A DNA stretch of 64,000 bases from an uncultured Eubacteriales bacterium (GTDB lineage: Bacteria; Actinomycetota; Coriobacteriia; Anaerosomatales; JAAXUF01). The stretch's first letter is position 1. Each line of letters begins with the position of its first letter. The notes beneath the pieces are model-generated. The model saw only the letters and a program-made list of their open reading frames with translations, was not told the origin of the DNA and did no database searches. The DNA lies in assembly GCA_964388455.1 (NCBI GenBank), contig CAYMAN010000005.1, positions 2,920-66,919 on the forward strand, in the 5' to 3' direction. Shown here one piece after another: positions 17,544-26,256 of this stretch. A program made the position numbers and the translations under genes.

Positions 17544-18537
17544 TGTTCACCTTTTCCAGACCGGCCTTCGCCGACGCATTGTTGGGTTCGATCACCAGGA
17601 CGCGCTGATACATCTCTGCGGCATGCTTCTTGGCACCCGTCTTGACCGCCAGGTCGCCGAGCAGGATGAGTGCCTCGACGTTCTGTGGTTCAAGAGCCAC
17701 CGCGATGCGTGCCTCGATCAGCGCGGCTTTGGGGTCCTTGGCTGCCTTGGTCTTGGCCGCGGCGAGGCGATCACTGAAGGGCCCGAGCTCATCCAGTGCA
17801 TCCTGCGGCAAGTCCACATTGGGGGCCGCGGCGATCGACGTGCGCAGGTGTTCTGCGGCCCCGGCCTTGTCGCCGTCCTTGAGGAGGAGGAGTGCGTAGT
17901 CGTAGTTCGCCTCGGGCATCTTGGGGTCGAACAGCAGCGTGTTCTCGAGCTCCTCGCGGTACTTTGAATCAGAACCCAGCTTGCTGTAGGTGAAAGCCAA
18001 TGCATAGTGCGTGTCCGAGGCGTCGCGTCGGAGAAGAATGGCCTTCTTGTAGTAGTTCGCGGCCTCCTCGTACTCCTTCTGCTCCATGAGCGCAGTGCCC
18101 AAGTAGAAGTACGCGATCTCGAGTTGCGCATCCGGACCGCTCTTGTGCTTGGGCTCGAGTATCGCGATCACTCGGCGGAAGTACGTCTCCCCCTCGGCGA
18201 ACTGCTTGCGCTGCAGGGCGAGAAAACCGATGCCTGAGATCGCAGGCGCGAAGTCCTTGCTGATCTTGAGTGCGGCCTCGTACTGCACCACCGCGTCCTT
18301 GTCCCGACCGGCGACCGCGAGAGCCTGCGCGAGCTGCATGCGTGCGTCGATGTCATTGGGGTTCTTGCGAACCCTGGCCTCGACAGCAGCGACCGCGCGC
18401 GCAGCGGGCGTTGAGTCAACGATCTGACGGCCCTGAGCCCAGACCGAATAGCCAAGATATGCGCCAAGAACAAGCACCACAACGGCTATGGCTGCTATGA
18501 CGGCGTCAAGCGGGCGGATGTTTCTGACAGTGGACAC
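17533..18537 (-). CDS. Membrane-anchored TPR-repeat protein (paralog B)
   Basis: N-terminal TM AVIAAIAVVVLVLGAYLGY followed by TPR-like repeats, e.g. ALKISKDFAPAISGIGFLAL and TLLFDPKMPEANYDYALLLL. GTG start with SD AAGGGAG. Confidence 0.75.
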   Translation of the reverse strand: MSTVRNIRPLDAVIAAIAVVVLVLGAYLGYSVWAQGRQIVDSTPAARAVAAVEARVRKNPNDIDARMQLAQALAVAGRDKDAVVQYEAALKISKDFAPAISGIGFLALQRKQFAEGETYFRRVIAILEPKHKSGPDAQLEIAYFYLGTALMEQKEYEEAANYYKKAILLRRDASDTHYALAFTYSKLGSDSKYREELENTLLFDPKMPEANYDYALLLLKDGDKAGAAEHLRTSIAAAPNVDLPQDALDELGPFSDRLAAAKTKAAKDPKAALIEARIAVALEPQNVEALILLGDLAVKTGAKKHAAEMYQRVLVIEPNNASAKAGLEKVNNGK

Positions 18538-18580
18538 GCGAGTCTCCCTTGTGGGTTGCAGCCCGTAAACAGTGAGCGTG

Positions 18581-20221
18581 CTAGATGTTCAGGTCGGTAT
18601 GGCAGCGCAAGCACAACGACGCTCCGGGATACGGAGCGATGATCTGATTCTGATAGTCGACCGCACCGTGGCAGCCATAGCACAAGCGAACGTCGTGCCC
18701 TGCGTTCGGCAGACTCCCGGCGGTCCCATCGTGCGCTGGCGACGACGCAGCGGTTGAGAACCCGATATGGCAGTCATCACAAGTGTACGGCTTCCCATCG
18801 TACGGTTTGCCACCTCGGGTCGTTCCGGTTTTGAAGTGCACGGCGTGCTCGGCGAAGCCCTTGTTCTTGATGGAAGTGGGCGGCTTCTTCGTCATCTCTT
18901 CATGGCACGGTACGCAGTTCTTCGAGATGAGCTCCGCCTTGGCGACCTTCTGGTGGTGGCAGTTCTGACACGTGGCCCGATTCGTGTGGCACACATTGCA
19001 GTCATCGGTCGTCACGCCGGGAGCCGGCCGGTGATTCTCGATCCAGCCGGTGGGGTGCGGCATGACGGTCTTGTGGCATCGCTGGCACGACTTCGCGTCA
19101 TGACACGAACCACACGCGCCCTTGCCGCCAAGGTACAGCGGTCCGTGCTTGGTCTTCCAGTCGGCCTTGAGATGGTCCTTCGGTACGACCGACTTGGCGG
19201 GCGCATTTGGCGATTCACTCTTGCCTGTGTGGCACTTCACACAGAAGGCGGACTTGTGACACATGGCGCAGTACGCAGGGTCAGCGTTGGCCGTCTTCTG
19301 GTGTTTGCCCCGCACAAACGACTTGGTGTGATTCTTGGGAACCAGGTCGAAGCTCTTGGGGTGGCACTTGAGACACGCGTCCCCGGCGACGAGCCCCTGT
19401 GTCGAATGCTCGAGCCCGTGGCACCGGTAGCAGGACAGCATCTCGGGCTTGGTCGCGCCATCTGCCGTGTGTCCGAACGTCGGGTGGCACACGCTGCATT
19501 TGTAGTTGCGCTCGACGTGCGCCGAGTGGGCGAAGATGAGCGGCCCGGGCATGAAAGCGTCAAGATTGGGATGGCAGTAAGAGCACTGCGACATCGTCGT
19601 CGAACCCGTCGGATAGATCTTGATCGATGGGTCTTTCGCCTTCTCGGTGATTATTGAAGCGTATGTGGGAGGCATGGGCGGGATATCGAGATTCTTGTCC
19701 TTGTGGCAGACGTCGCAGTCTTTGACGGACTCATGGCACATCATGCACTGGTTGACACCGGAATCGTTGGCGACGTCGGCGTGGGGCTTGTTGGGCCAGT
19801 CTTTGACGTGACTCTTGGGGCGCAGCGTCTTTGACTTCGTGTGGCACTTGTTGCACTCGGCGGTTGCGAGTTCGCCCTGAGGTCCATGCGAAACGCCGTG
19901 GCACGCGAAGCACACTTCCATCGGGACCGTCTCCGTGACGCCGTCCCGGTGGGGCATGCGGGCATGGCAACCGTCGCAAGCGACCATGAGATGGTTTCCG
20001 TGGCTGAAGATCAATCCCGGCTGGTTGACCGAGCCCAAGTCGAGGTGACACGGCACGCACTGTGAGCGGTCGACGGAAGCTGCGGTGTCGATGACCGGAT
20101 CGGGCGAACCTGGTGTCGCGGCCAATCCGAAACGCACAGAAGCAAGCAGGAAGGCGGCCACGAGAACAGTCGCGGCCACCCCCCAAACCCAGTTATGTCG
20201 ATTGTGTCGTGCGTCAATCAC
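18581..20221 (-). CDS. Membrane-anchored multiheme c-type cytochrome, 20 CxxCH motifs
   Basis: N-terminal TM VWGVAATVLVAAFLLASV. I count 20 CxxCH motifs, from CVPCH and CDGCH through CYGCH and CLRCH. GTG start with SD TAGGGAG. Confidence 0.85.
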   Translation of the reverse strand: MIDARHNRHNWVWGVAATVLVAAFLLASVRFGLAATPGSPDPVIDTAASVDRSQCVPCHLDLGSVNQPGLIFSHGNHLMVACDGCHARMPHRDGVTETVPMEVCFACHGVSHGPQGELATAECNKCHTKSKTLRPKSHVKDWPNKPHADVANDSGVNQCMMCHESVKDCDVCHKDKNLDIPPMPPTYASIITEKAKDPSIKIYPTGSTTMSQCSYCHPNLDAFMPGPLIFAHSAHVERNYKCSVCHPTFGHTADGATKPEMLSCYRCHGLEHSTQGLVAGDACLKCHPKSFDLVPKNHTKSFVRGKHQKTANADPAYCAMCHKSAFCVKCHTGKSESPNAPAKSVVPKDHLKADWKTKHGPLYLGGKGACGSCHDAKSCQRCHKTVMPHPTGWIENHRPAPGVTTDDCNVCHTNRATCQNCHHQKVAKAELISKNCVPCHEEMTKKPPTSIKNKGFAEHAVHFKTGTTRGGKPYDGKPYTCDDCHIGFSTAASSPAHDGTAGSLPNAGHDVRLCYGCHGAVDYQNQIIAPYPGASLCLRCHTDLNI

Positions 20222-20244
20222 GCGGGTATCAGACTCCCTAGCGA

Positions 20245-21585
20245 CTAGTCGCCGCCCAGCCCACGAATGCGGGCGATCAGTTGAAGCAGTGCGTTCTGTT
20301 CCTGGGCCTCGCCCTTACGATGGATCAGTTCGCCCGCGGCGGCACCGAACTCCTCGCTCGATCCCTTGTGGCAACCTTCCTGGCCGCACGTCGTGCCGAT
20401 GTTCTTGGTCGAGACGCTGGATGCGGCATTCGCACTAGGAAGAACCTCGTGCGCCTCATGGCACTGCCAACATGCGGGTGAATCTGCGGCGCCGTTCTTG
20501 TATGCACGCCCATGATAGTAGTCATTGTACGTCGCGTAATCGTCGCCGTGCTGCTTACAGCGGGCGCAGGTGCGATAAGCCGATCCATGCATACGCAGCT
20601 TGCCGGCCTCTGTCGCGGTACTGTAGATGAAGTGACCGCCGTGGCAGGATGCGCAGGTGGCCGACTCGTAGTCACCTTCGAGCAGCTTCTCGGAGTGAAC
20701 CGACTTGCCGTACTCGGCGACCGGGTCCTTGAGCTTCGGCTCCTCGAGATCCTGATGGCACGTGCCACACGCGATGCCGGCGTTGATGTTCCATAGCTTG
20801 GTCACACCTGGCTTGTCGTCGTAACGATAGTCCGGGTGACACTGCTGGCATGTGTTTTCGCGGTGCGCAGAGTCATCGACTCCGGCCACCTCGAACGATT
20901 TGGCTGCGCCGGCCGACTGCTTCAAGAGCGTCGAACTGCCGTGACACGACTGACAGCCGTTGTCACTGTCGAAGTCCCACCCGGTCGACGGGGTCCAGTC
21001 GATGTTCTCGCGGAGGTGACAGTCCACGCAGTCGGCAGCCTTATGACACATCATGCACTTGGTGTTGAGCGCATCGTTCGAAGGCTTGACGTGCGGTTTC
21101 TGTGCCCAATCCGCGGTGTGGAAGGCGGGGCGAAGACGCCACTTAGGCGTCACGTGACAGGCATCGCAATTGTCCTTGGCGATGATACCCATCGAGCCGT
21201 GGCGCAGTCCGTGGCAGTCGAAACAGCCCTTCATGGTCGGGCGCTCAGTGCCGGTCTTACGGTGAGGGAATCGCGGGTGACAACCGCTGCACTGCACGAT
21301 GATGTGGTTGCCGTGCGAGAACTTGATCGACGATGAGTAATTCTTGGAAAGTGCGATGTTGCCGTGACACAACGTGGTGCACGCTGCACCATCGACCTGC
21401 GAGCCAGCGAGCTGGTCGAAGAGCTGTGTGATAGAAGCGGAGCCCGTCGTGAGATCGATCTCGTCGACCGGCACGGCGTCCGCAGCGAAGACGAACGACG
21501 TTGATGCGATAACGGTACAGAACGCTGCCGTCGCGAGTGCGAAGGCGAGCAGCCTGCCGGGGCGTGCTCTGAACCTGAAGGTCAT
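20245..21585 (-). CDS. Secreted multiheme c-type cytochrome: 10 CxxCH plus CX3CH, CxxCK and CX4CH sites
   Basis: Signal peptide MTFRFRARPGRLLAFALATAAFCTVIASTSFVFA, from ATG 21585 with SD GGAGAAGGGG; the track start 21816 is rejected. Variant motifs are CTTLCH, CARCK and CGQEGCH. The N-terminal half is homologous to the 20-heme protein and the C-terminal part to the 7-heme protein. Confidence 0.8.
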   Translation of the reverse strand: MTFRFRARPGRLLAFALATAAFCTVIASTSFVFAADAVPVDEIDLTTGSASITQLFDQLAGSQVDGAACTTLCHGNIALSKNYSSSIKFSHGNHIIVQCSGCHPRFPHRKTGTERPTMKGCFDCHGLRHGSMGIIAKDNCDACHVTPKWRLRPAFHTADWAQKPHVKPSNDALNTKCMMCHKAADCVDCHLRENIDWTPSTGWDFDSDNGCQSCHGSSTLLKQSAGAAKSFEVAGVDDSAHRENTCQQCHPDYRYDDKPGVTKLWNINAGIACGTCHQDLEEPKLKDPVAEYGKSVHSEKLLEGDYESATCASCHGGHFIYSTATEAGKLRMHGSAYRTCARCKQHGDDYATYNDYYHGRAYKNGAADSPACWQCHEAHEVLPSANAASSVSTKNIGTTCGQEGCHKGSSEEFGAAAGELIHRKGEAQEQNALLQLIARIRGLGGD

Positions 21586-21644
21586 GCTGTCGTACCCCTT
21601 CTCCCCGTTGGGCCCTCTTGGGAGCGCCCAACGCACTGATGGTC

Positions 21645-22646
21645 CTATCCTGCGAACAGTGATCTGACTGAATCGATCATCGATCGAACCGCAGTCCGTA
21701 CCGTGCTCACAGCCGCGTACAGAGGGTTCTCGTCGTACACCTGCTGCGCGCTGTGCACGAGCACGCCGAAGTCGAGGAACGTATCGTCCATCTCGCCTGC
21801 GTGACAGGTGCCACACGTCTCAGGAAGGTTGTTGCGGTTGACCGCAGACTTGCGGTCGTCGGCAGCAAGCACTTGATGCGTCTCGTGACACTGCCAGCAG
21901 GCAGGAGCGTCTGATGCGCCCACCTGATAGGCGCGGCCATGGTAGTAGTCCATGTACTCGACCGTGTACTTCTCGTGGCACGACCCGCACATGGCGACCG
22001 CTGAGGCGCGAACGGCCTCGTTGCCCGCCGTGTCTTCTTTGCTGGGAATACCGTGTCCGCCGTGGCAGTCGCCACACAGAGGACGCGGCTTGCCCGGTGC
22101 CGAGGAATCGGCTGCGCCGACGGTGGACGAGCTGTCTCCGGGACGGCCTGCCGGCGAGTGCGCCCCACTGGTGTAGAGCGTGAACGCGTCTTTGTGGCAG
22201 TTCTTGCAGGACAGCTTGGCCACCTCGCGCCACTCTTCACCGTTCTTTACGATGGTGTCATGGGGCGTCTTGTACGCGAAGTCGACGTGGCAGCTGGTGC
22301 ACGGCACGTTCTTGTGCGCCGAGCCCTGAATTATCTCCGTGTCGACGTACAGGGAGATGATCTTGCCGGCCTGGATCCGCATGAGATTCTGGTCACCGTG
22401 GCACACGCCGCAACCCGACTTGCCGGCGGTCGGCAACGTCCAGTCGAGGTCGTACGTGGGTTTCAGCGGAGCCTTCTTGGTGACAGTCGCGGTCTTGGTC
22501 GCCGACTTAGACGAGGCAGTGACCGACGCGGGGACAGCTGGCATCGCCGTTGAAGTGGTGGCGGGGGCCGCCAAAGAGACCCCCGGAAGCCCAATGGCTA
22601 CCGCAAGCGCACCAGCAACAATGGTCGAGCGCAGAATCATCCGCAA
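21645..22646 (-). CDS. Secreted heptaheme c-type cytochrome
   Basis: Signal MRMILRSTIVAGALAVAIGLPGVSLA. Seven CxxCH motifs: CGVCH, CTSCH, CKNCH, CGDCH, CGSCH, CWQCH, CGTCH. The start is TTG 22646 or ATG 22640. Confidence 0.85.
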   Translation of the reverse strand: MRMILRSTIVAGALAVAIGLPGVSLAAPATTSTAMPAVPASVTASSKSATKTATVTKKAPLKPTYDLDWTLPTAGKSGCGVCHGDQNLMRIQAGKIISLYVDTEIIQGSAHKNVPCTSCHVDFAYKTPHDTIVKNGEEWREVAKLSCKNCHKDAFTLYTSGAHSPAGRPGDSSSTVGAADSSAPGKPRPLCGDCHGGHGIPSKEDTAGNEAVRASAVAMCGSCHEKYTVEYMDYYHGRAYQVGASDAPACWQCHETHQVLAADDRKSAVNRNNLPETCGTCHAGEMDDTFLDFGVLVHSAQQVYDENPLYAAVSTVRTAVRSMIDSVRSLFAG

Positions 22647-22658
22647 CTTCGTTGCTCC

Positions 22659-23522
22659 CTAGACCTGGTCTGCCACGGGTACCGCCGGAGCGTGCTCCAT
22701 ACCGGGAGCCTTGGCATCGTGCGCACGGTCATCGCCATGTGCGTCACCGTGATCGCCATGCTCGGCGTGGGGCCTGTCCAGAAAACCCAGACCGAAGAAG
22801 TCCAGGAACGCCGGGAGGTCCTCGGTGACTGAGAGGTACACGTGAATCGTGGTGAGAACAATGAACAGCCAGTTGATGAGGTAGTGGATGGTTCTGACCC
22901 ACCACACACCGCTGGCGCCGATGAGTCCGGCAACAAGCTGCTGGAGGCTGACATCGACGATCGGCAACATGAGTCGCCAGAGCATCAGGCCGGTGATGGC
23001 CTGTGCGATCAGCAGCGGCACGAACAGCGTGTACGTGCCCTTCTGCATGATGTTGTACTTGCCCAGGTGCGGCTTGGACGGCTTCACGAAGATGTAATAC
23101 AGAATGACCTTCGGGGCCGTGGTGAGGTCGCGCTTGCTGATGGCGAACTCGCGATAGTCACGACGGCGCGAGCCGAACGCGTACCACAGGCGCACGATCA
23201 GGTTGACGATCACGATGATCATCGCGATGTAGTGCACCCACTGCATGAACGCACGGCCACCGTTGAAGAACGGGAACCGAATGTACATGCCCGACACGCC
23301 CAGCGCGATCATGGCAGCGACGTGCTGGAAGTGCAGAAGCTTGGGAAGTGCAGGAATAGGTCCGCCTTCATGCGCAGGCCACTCCCAACCGACAAACCTT
23401 CGTTTAGCGCGACCAGTCAGGATGTTGCCGAGGAAGTGGCCTGAGAGCGCCACAACAATCACCACATAGAGCGTGGTGAACACGACATCGATCCAGACGT
23501 TAAGCTGCGTCAGTCCGATCAA
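22659..23522 (-). CDS. Integral-membrane b-type cytochrome (Ni/Fe-hydrogenase / FdnI-type cytochrome b family-like) with His/Asp-rich C-terminal tail
   Basis: Four to five TM helices carry conserved His residues (LLHFQHVAAMIAL, WVHYIAMIIV, VRTIHYLINWLFIVLTTIHVYL). Tail: RPHAEHGDHGDAHGDDRAHD. TTG start with SD GGGAGTAGGGGG. Confidence 0.65.
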   Translation of the reverse strand: MIGLTQLNVWIDVVFTTLYVVIVVALSGHFLGNILTGRAKRRFVGWEWPAHEGGPIPALPKLLHFQHVAAMIALGVSGMYIRFPFFNGGRAFMQWVHYIAMIIVIVNLIVRLWYAFGSRRRDYREFAISKRDLTTAPKVILYYIFVKPSKPHLGKYNIMQKGTYTLFVPLLIAQAITGLMLWRLMLPIVDVSLQQLVAGLIGASGVWWVRTIHYLINWLFIVLTTIHVYLSVTEDLPAFLDFFGLGFLDRPHAEHGDHGDAHGDDRAHDAKAPGMEHAPAVPVADQV

Positions 23523-23644
23523 CTGACACCCCCTACTCCCTTGTATCCGTCACCTGTCAGGTACGGCTGATGCGTAGTTAGGCACGTGCAGGCACGCAAA
23601 GTCCGCAGGCGATTACCGGCCACCGGCGGCGCAGCCCCTACGCT

Positions 23645-23693
23645 TGTAACAGCAGTTACACGCATACTAGGGTGCTGCACGACGGAGTGTCAA
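23645..23693 (-). promoter_or_regulatory. Sigma70-like promoter plus palindromic operator of the cytochrome operon
   Basis: -35 TTGACA (23688-23693), 18-nt spacer, -10 TAGTAT (23664-23669). The dyad TGTAAC-AGCA-GTTACA lies at 23645-23660, starting 3 nt after the -10. Confidence 0.6.
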
Positions 23694-23727
23694 CGAACAC
23701 GCCGAGCCGATACTTGTCGCGCATCGA

Positions 23728-23970
23728 TTACACGTCCTCGATTAGTCCGCGCGCGTTGATCAGGATACCCGCCGCATCGAGGTACGTGGCGGCCCGCTCT
23801 TCGTCGGCGAGTTCGAGACGCAGGGCGATGCCACACCTCGAACCGAGCGTCTTGGGTGCCGGCATCGGAACGACATCTATCCCGAGGTCACCGAGCAGCG
23901 CCTCGGCGTCGAGCGCCGCGTGCGTCGACTCGAAGCCGAATGCGGCGAACTCACGTGGGGCCCGGGTCAC
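23728..23970 (-). CDS. Small DUF3343-like putative S/Se carrier protein
   Basis: 80 aa, FGFESTHAALDAEALL...PMPAP...SRCGIALR. The GTG start overlaps the cysteine desulfurase stop as GTGA. I know this family from selenium/sulfur-mobilisation neighbourhoods; the call is by recall only. Confidence 0.5.
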   Translation of the reverse strand: MTRAPREFAAFGFESTHAALDAEALLGDLGIDVVPMPAPKTLGSRCGIALRLELADEERAATYLDAAGILINARGLIEDV

Positions 23971-25157
23971 GGCTGCTCACCCGCGAGCTCCGCGAGCGCG
24001 GACAGCGCGGCGTCCACGTCGCTGTCCGTGTTACCGAAGCCGATGCCGAACCGCAGCGCCCCAGTGTCGAGCGTGCCGAGCGTGCGGTGGGCCCACGGCG
24101 CACAATGAAGCCCGGCTCGGGCAGCGATTCCATAGCGGCGATCCAGGGCGAATGCGAGCCTGTCCGCATCGATGCGCTCATGTGTGACTGACAGCACCGG
24201 CACGCGAACCTCCGCCGGCTCAGGCCCGAGCACGCGGAACCCGCCGATGCCGAGAATCCCCTCATGGAGCCGGCGCGAGAGGCGACGCTCCTCGAGACGC
24301 TGTGCTGTGGCGTGAACGCTCAGGAAGCGTGCGGCGGCACCCAGCCCTGCGATGCCGGGAGTGTTGGGAGTCCCGGCCTCGTAGCGATCAGGTCGCGCGG
24401 CGGGCGCCCCCTCGTCCTCGCTCGAGCCGCCGCCGGTGCCGCCGAGCACCAGTGGATTGGGGTTCACATCCGGCGACAGATACAGGACGCCGACACCCTG
24501 CGGTCCGAGCAACCCTTTGTGGCCCGAGCAAGCCCAGGCATCCGCACCCAGGGTCGCGAGGTCAACGTCGATGTGTCCGCCCGCCTGCGCCCCGTCCACC
24601 AGCATCATAGCGCCGTGCGCGTGGGCGATATCCGCGAGATCCGCGACGGGCTGGATTGCGCCGGTCAGGTTGCTGGCGTGTTGACAGACAACAGCCGCAG
24701 TTCGAGCGGCGGCTACGGCGGTCTCGACCTCGTCGGGATCGACCGTGCCGGTCTCGTCGGCCTCTACGACCACGAGTTCGACGCCGAGCGCCGCCAGCGC
24801 GTAGAGCGGCCTGGCGACGGCGTTGTGCTCCATCGAGCATGCCACGACCCGGTCGCCCGGCTTGATCAGGCCACGGAGCACCATGTTCATCGCCTCGGTG
24901 CAGCCGGGCTGAAAGAGCAGATCACGCGCGTTGGGCGCGCCGAGAAGCGCTGCGATGTCACGACGGGACTCGTGGATGAGGCGCGTGGTCGCCATCGCGA
25001 GTCGGTACGCACCGCGTCCGGGATTGCCACCATAAAGCGTCAGCGCATCATGGACCGCCGACACGACCTCAGGCGGCTTGGGCCACGACGTCGCCCCGTG
25101 GTCCAGATAGATGGTCTCGGCGTTGACCGTCGTCTGGCTGTCGCGCGTGTCAGTCAC
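23967..25157 (-). CDS. Class V aminotransferase / cysteine (or selenocysteine) desulfurase family protein
   Basis: IYLDHGATSWPKP, PLP-lysine context ACSGHKGLLGPQG, and active-site Cys context AGLHCAPWAHRTLGT. Confidence 0.8.
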   Translation of the reverse strand: MTDTRDSQTTVNAETIYLDHGATSWPKPPEVVSAVHDALTLYGGNPGRGAYRLAMATTRLIHESRRDIAALLGAPNARDLLFQPGCTEAMNMVLRGLIKPGDRVVACSMEHNAVARPLYALAALGVELVVVEADETGTVDPDEVETAVAAARTAAVVCQHASNLTGAIQPVADLADIAHAHGAMMLVDGAQAGGHIDVDLATLGADAWACSGHKGLLGPQGVGVLYLSPDVNPNPLVLGGTGGGSSEDEGAPAARPDRYEAGTPNTPGIAGLGAAARFLSVHATAQRLEERRLSRRLHEGILGIGGFRVLGPEPAEVRVPVLSVTHERIDADRLAFALDRRYGIAARAGLHCAPWAHRTLGTLDTGALRFGIGFGNTDSDVDAALSALAELAGEQP

Positions 25158-25160
25158 GCG

Positions 25161-25646
25161 CTAGCCGTGCCCGCCGCCGCACACCATCTCGACCGCATGC
25201 TCGAGCTGGGGTGCGATGAAGCCGAATGACTCTCGGGCGGCCTTCTCGGAACCGGGAAGGTTGATGATGACGGTCTGGCCGCGCTGCGCGGCGGTCGCGC
25301 GCGAGAGCATGGCGCGCTTGGTGACTTTGAGTGACTCGGAGCGGAGGTACTCGGCGATGCCGGGGACGGGGCGCTCAGCGATGTCCATGGTGGCTTCGGG
25401 GGTTACGTCGCGCGGACCGAGGCCGGTGCCGCCGCACGAGAAGACGATATCGGCATCCTCGACGTCACACATCTCGGCGAGCGAGGCGGCGATACACTCA
25501 CGATCGTCGGGGCAGACGTGGTAGGCGACTACCAGCCAGCCGGCTGCCTCGGCGAGCTCGATGAGCGCGCGGCCGGCGGTGTCCTCGGCCTCACCTGCAG
25601 AACGGGTGTCGGAGCAGGTCAGGACGCCGATGCGGAGTTCTGCCAC
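25161..25646 (-). CDS. MogA/MoaB-family molybdopterin adenylyltransferase-like protein
   Basis: VAELRIGVLTCSDTRS...FSCGGTGLGPRDVTPEA...INLPGSEKAA. GTG 25646 with SD GGAAGGGGAG; the track start 25892 (Pro/Arg-rich) is rejected. Confidence 0.8.
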   Translation of the reverse strand: MAELRIGVLTCSDTRSAGEAEDTAGRALIELAEAAGWLVVAYHVCPDDRECIAASLAEMCDVEDADIVFSCGGTGLGPRDVTPEATMDIAERPVPGIAEYLRSESLKVTKRAMLSRATAAQRGQTVIINLPGSEKAARESFGFIAPQLEHAVEMVCGGGHG

Positions 25647-25650
25647 GGTG

Positions 25651-26256
25651 CTACTCCCCTTCCGGGCTTGTGGTGACGCGGTTGCAGTTCTTCTCCGAGC
25701 GGGCCTCGGCTTTGGCGGCCTCCTCGGCGGCCTCCTTGGCGCGCTCGGCTGCGAACTCGGCGATGGACTCGGGCGAGGTGCGATCGCAGGTGCCGTCGCC
25801 GATAGAGAGCGTGGTGATGGTGTCGCCGACCTCGACGTCGCCGGCCTGGCGGACCACGGCGAAGATGCCCTCGCGCGGCATGACACAGTCACCGGCCTGG
25901 TAGTAGATGGCGCACTTGGTGTGGCAGACCTTGCCGATCTGGCTGATCTCGAGAATCACCGAGTCACCGATCTGGATCTGGCTGCCCATGGGCAACGCGA
26001 GCAGGTCGATGCCGGTGGTGGTGATGTTCTCGGCGAAGTCCCCGGCGTCCACGTCGAGGCCCTTGGCCTGCATGGTGCCGATCGACTCTGCCGAGAGGAG
26101 CGAGACCTGGCGATGCCAGTCGCCCGCGTGCGCGTCGGTGTCGAATCCTCGGTCGAGGATGAGGGTGCCGCGGGTGCCGGGTGTCTTGCGCATGGTCTTC
26201 TTGGGGCTCAGGTTGACCGAGGTTACGGTGCCGGGGCCGGGCAGGGGTGCTGTCAT
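25651..26256 (-). CDS. MOSC-domain protein
   Basis: Beta-barrel MOSC-like core ...HRQVSLLSAESI...GDFAENITTTGIDL...GKVCHTKCAIY. ATG 26256 overlaps the moaC stop as TGATG. Confidence 0.65.
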   Translation of the reverse strand: MTAPLPGPGTVTSVNLSPKKTMRKTPGTRGTLILDRGFDTDAHAGDWHRQVSLLSAESIGTMQAKGLDVDAGDFAENITTTGIDLLALPMGSQIQIGDSVILEISQIGKVCHTKCAIYYQAGDCVMPREGIFAVVRQAGDVEVGDTITTLSIGDGTCDRTSPESIAEFAAERAKEAAEEAAKAEARSEKNCNRVTTSPEGE

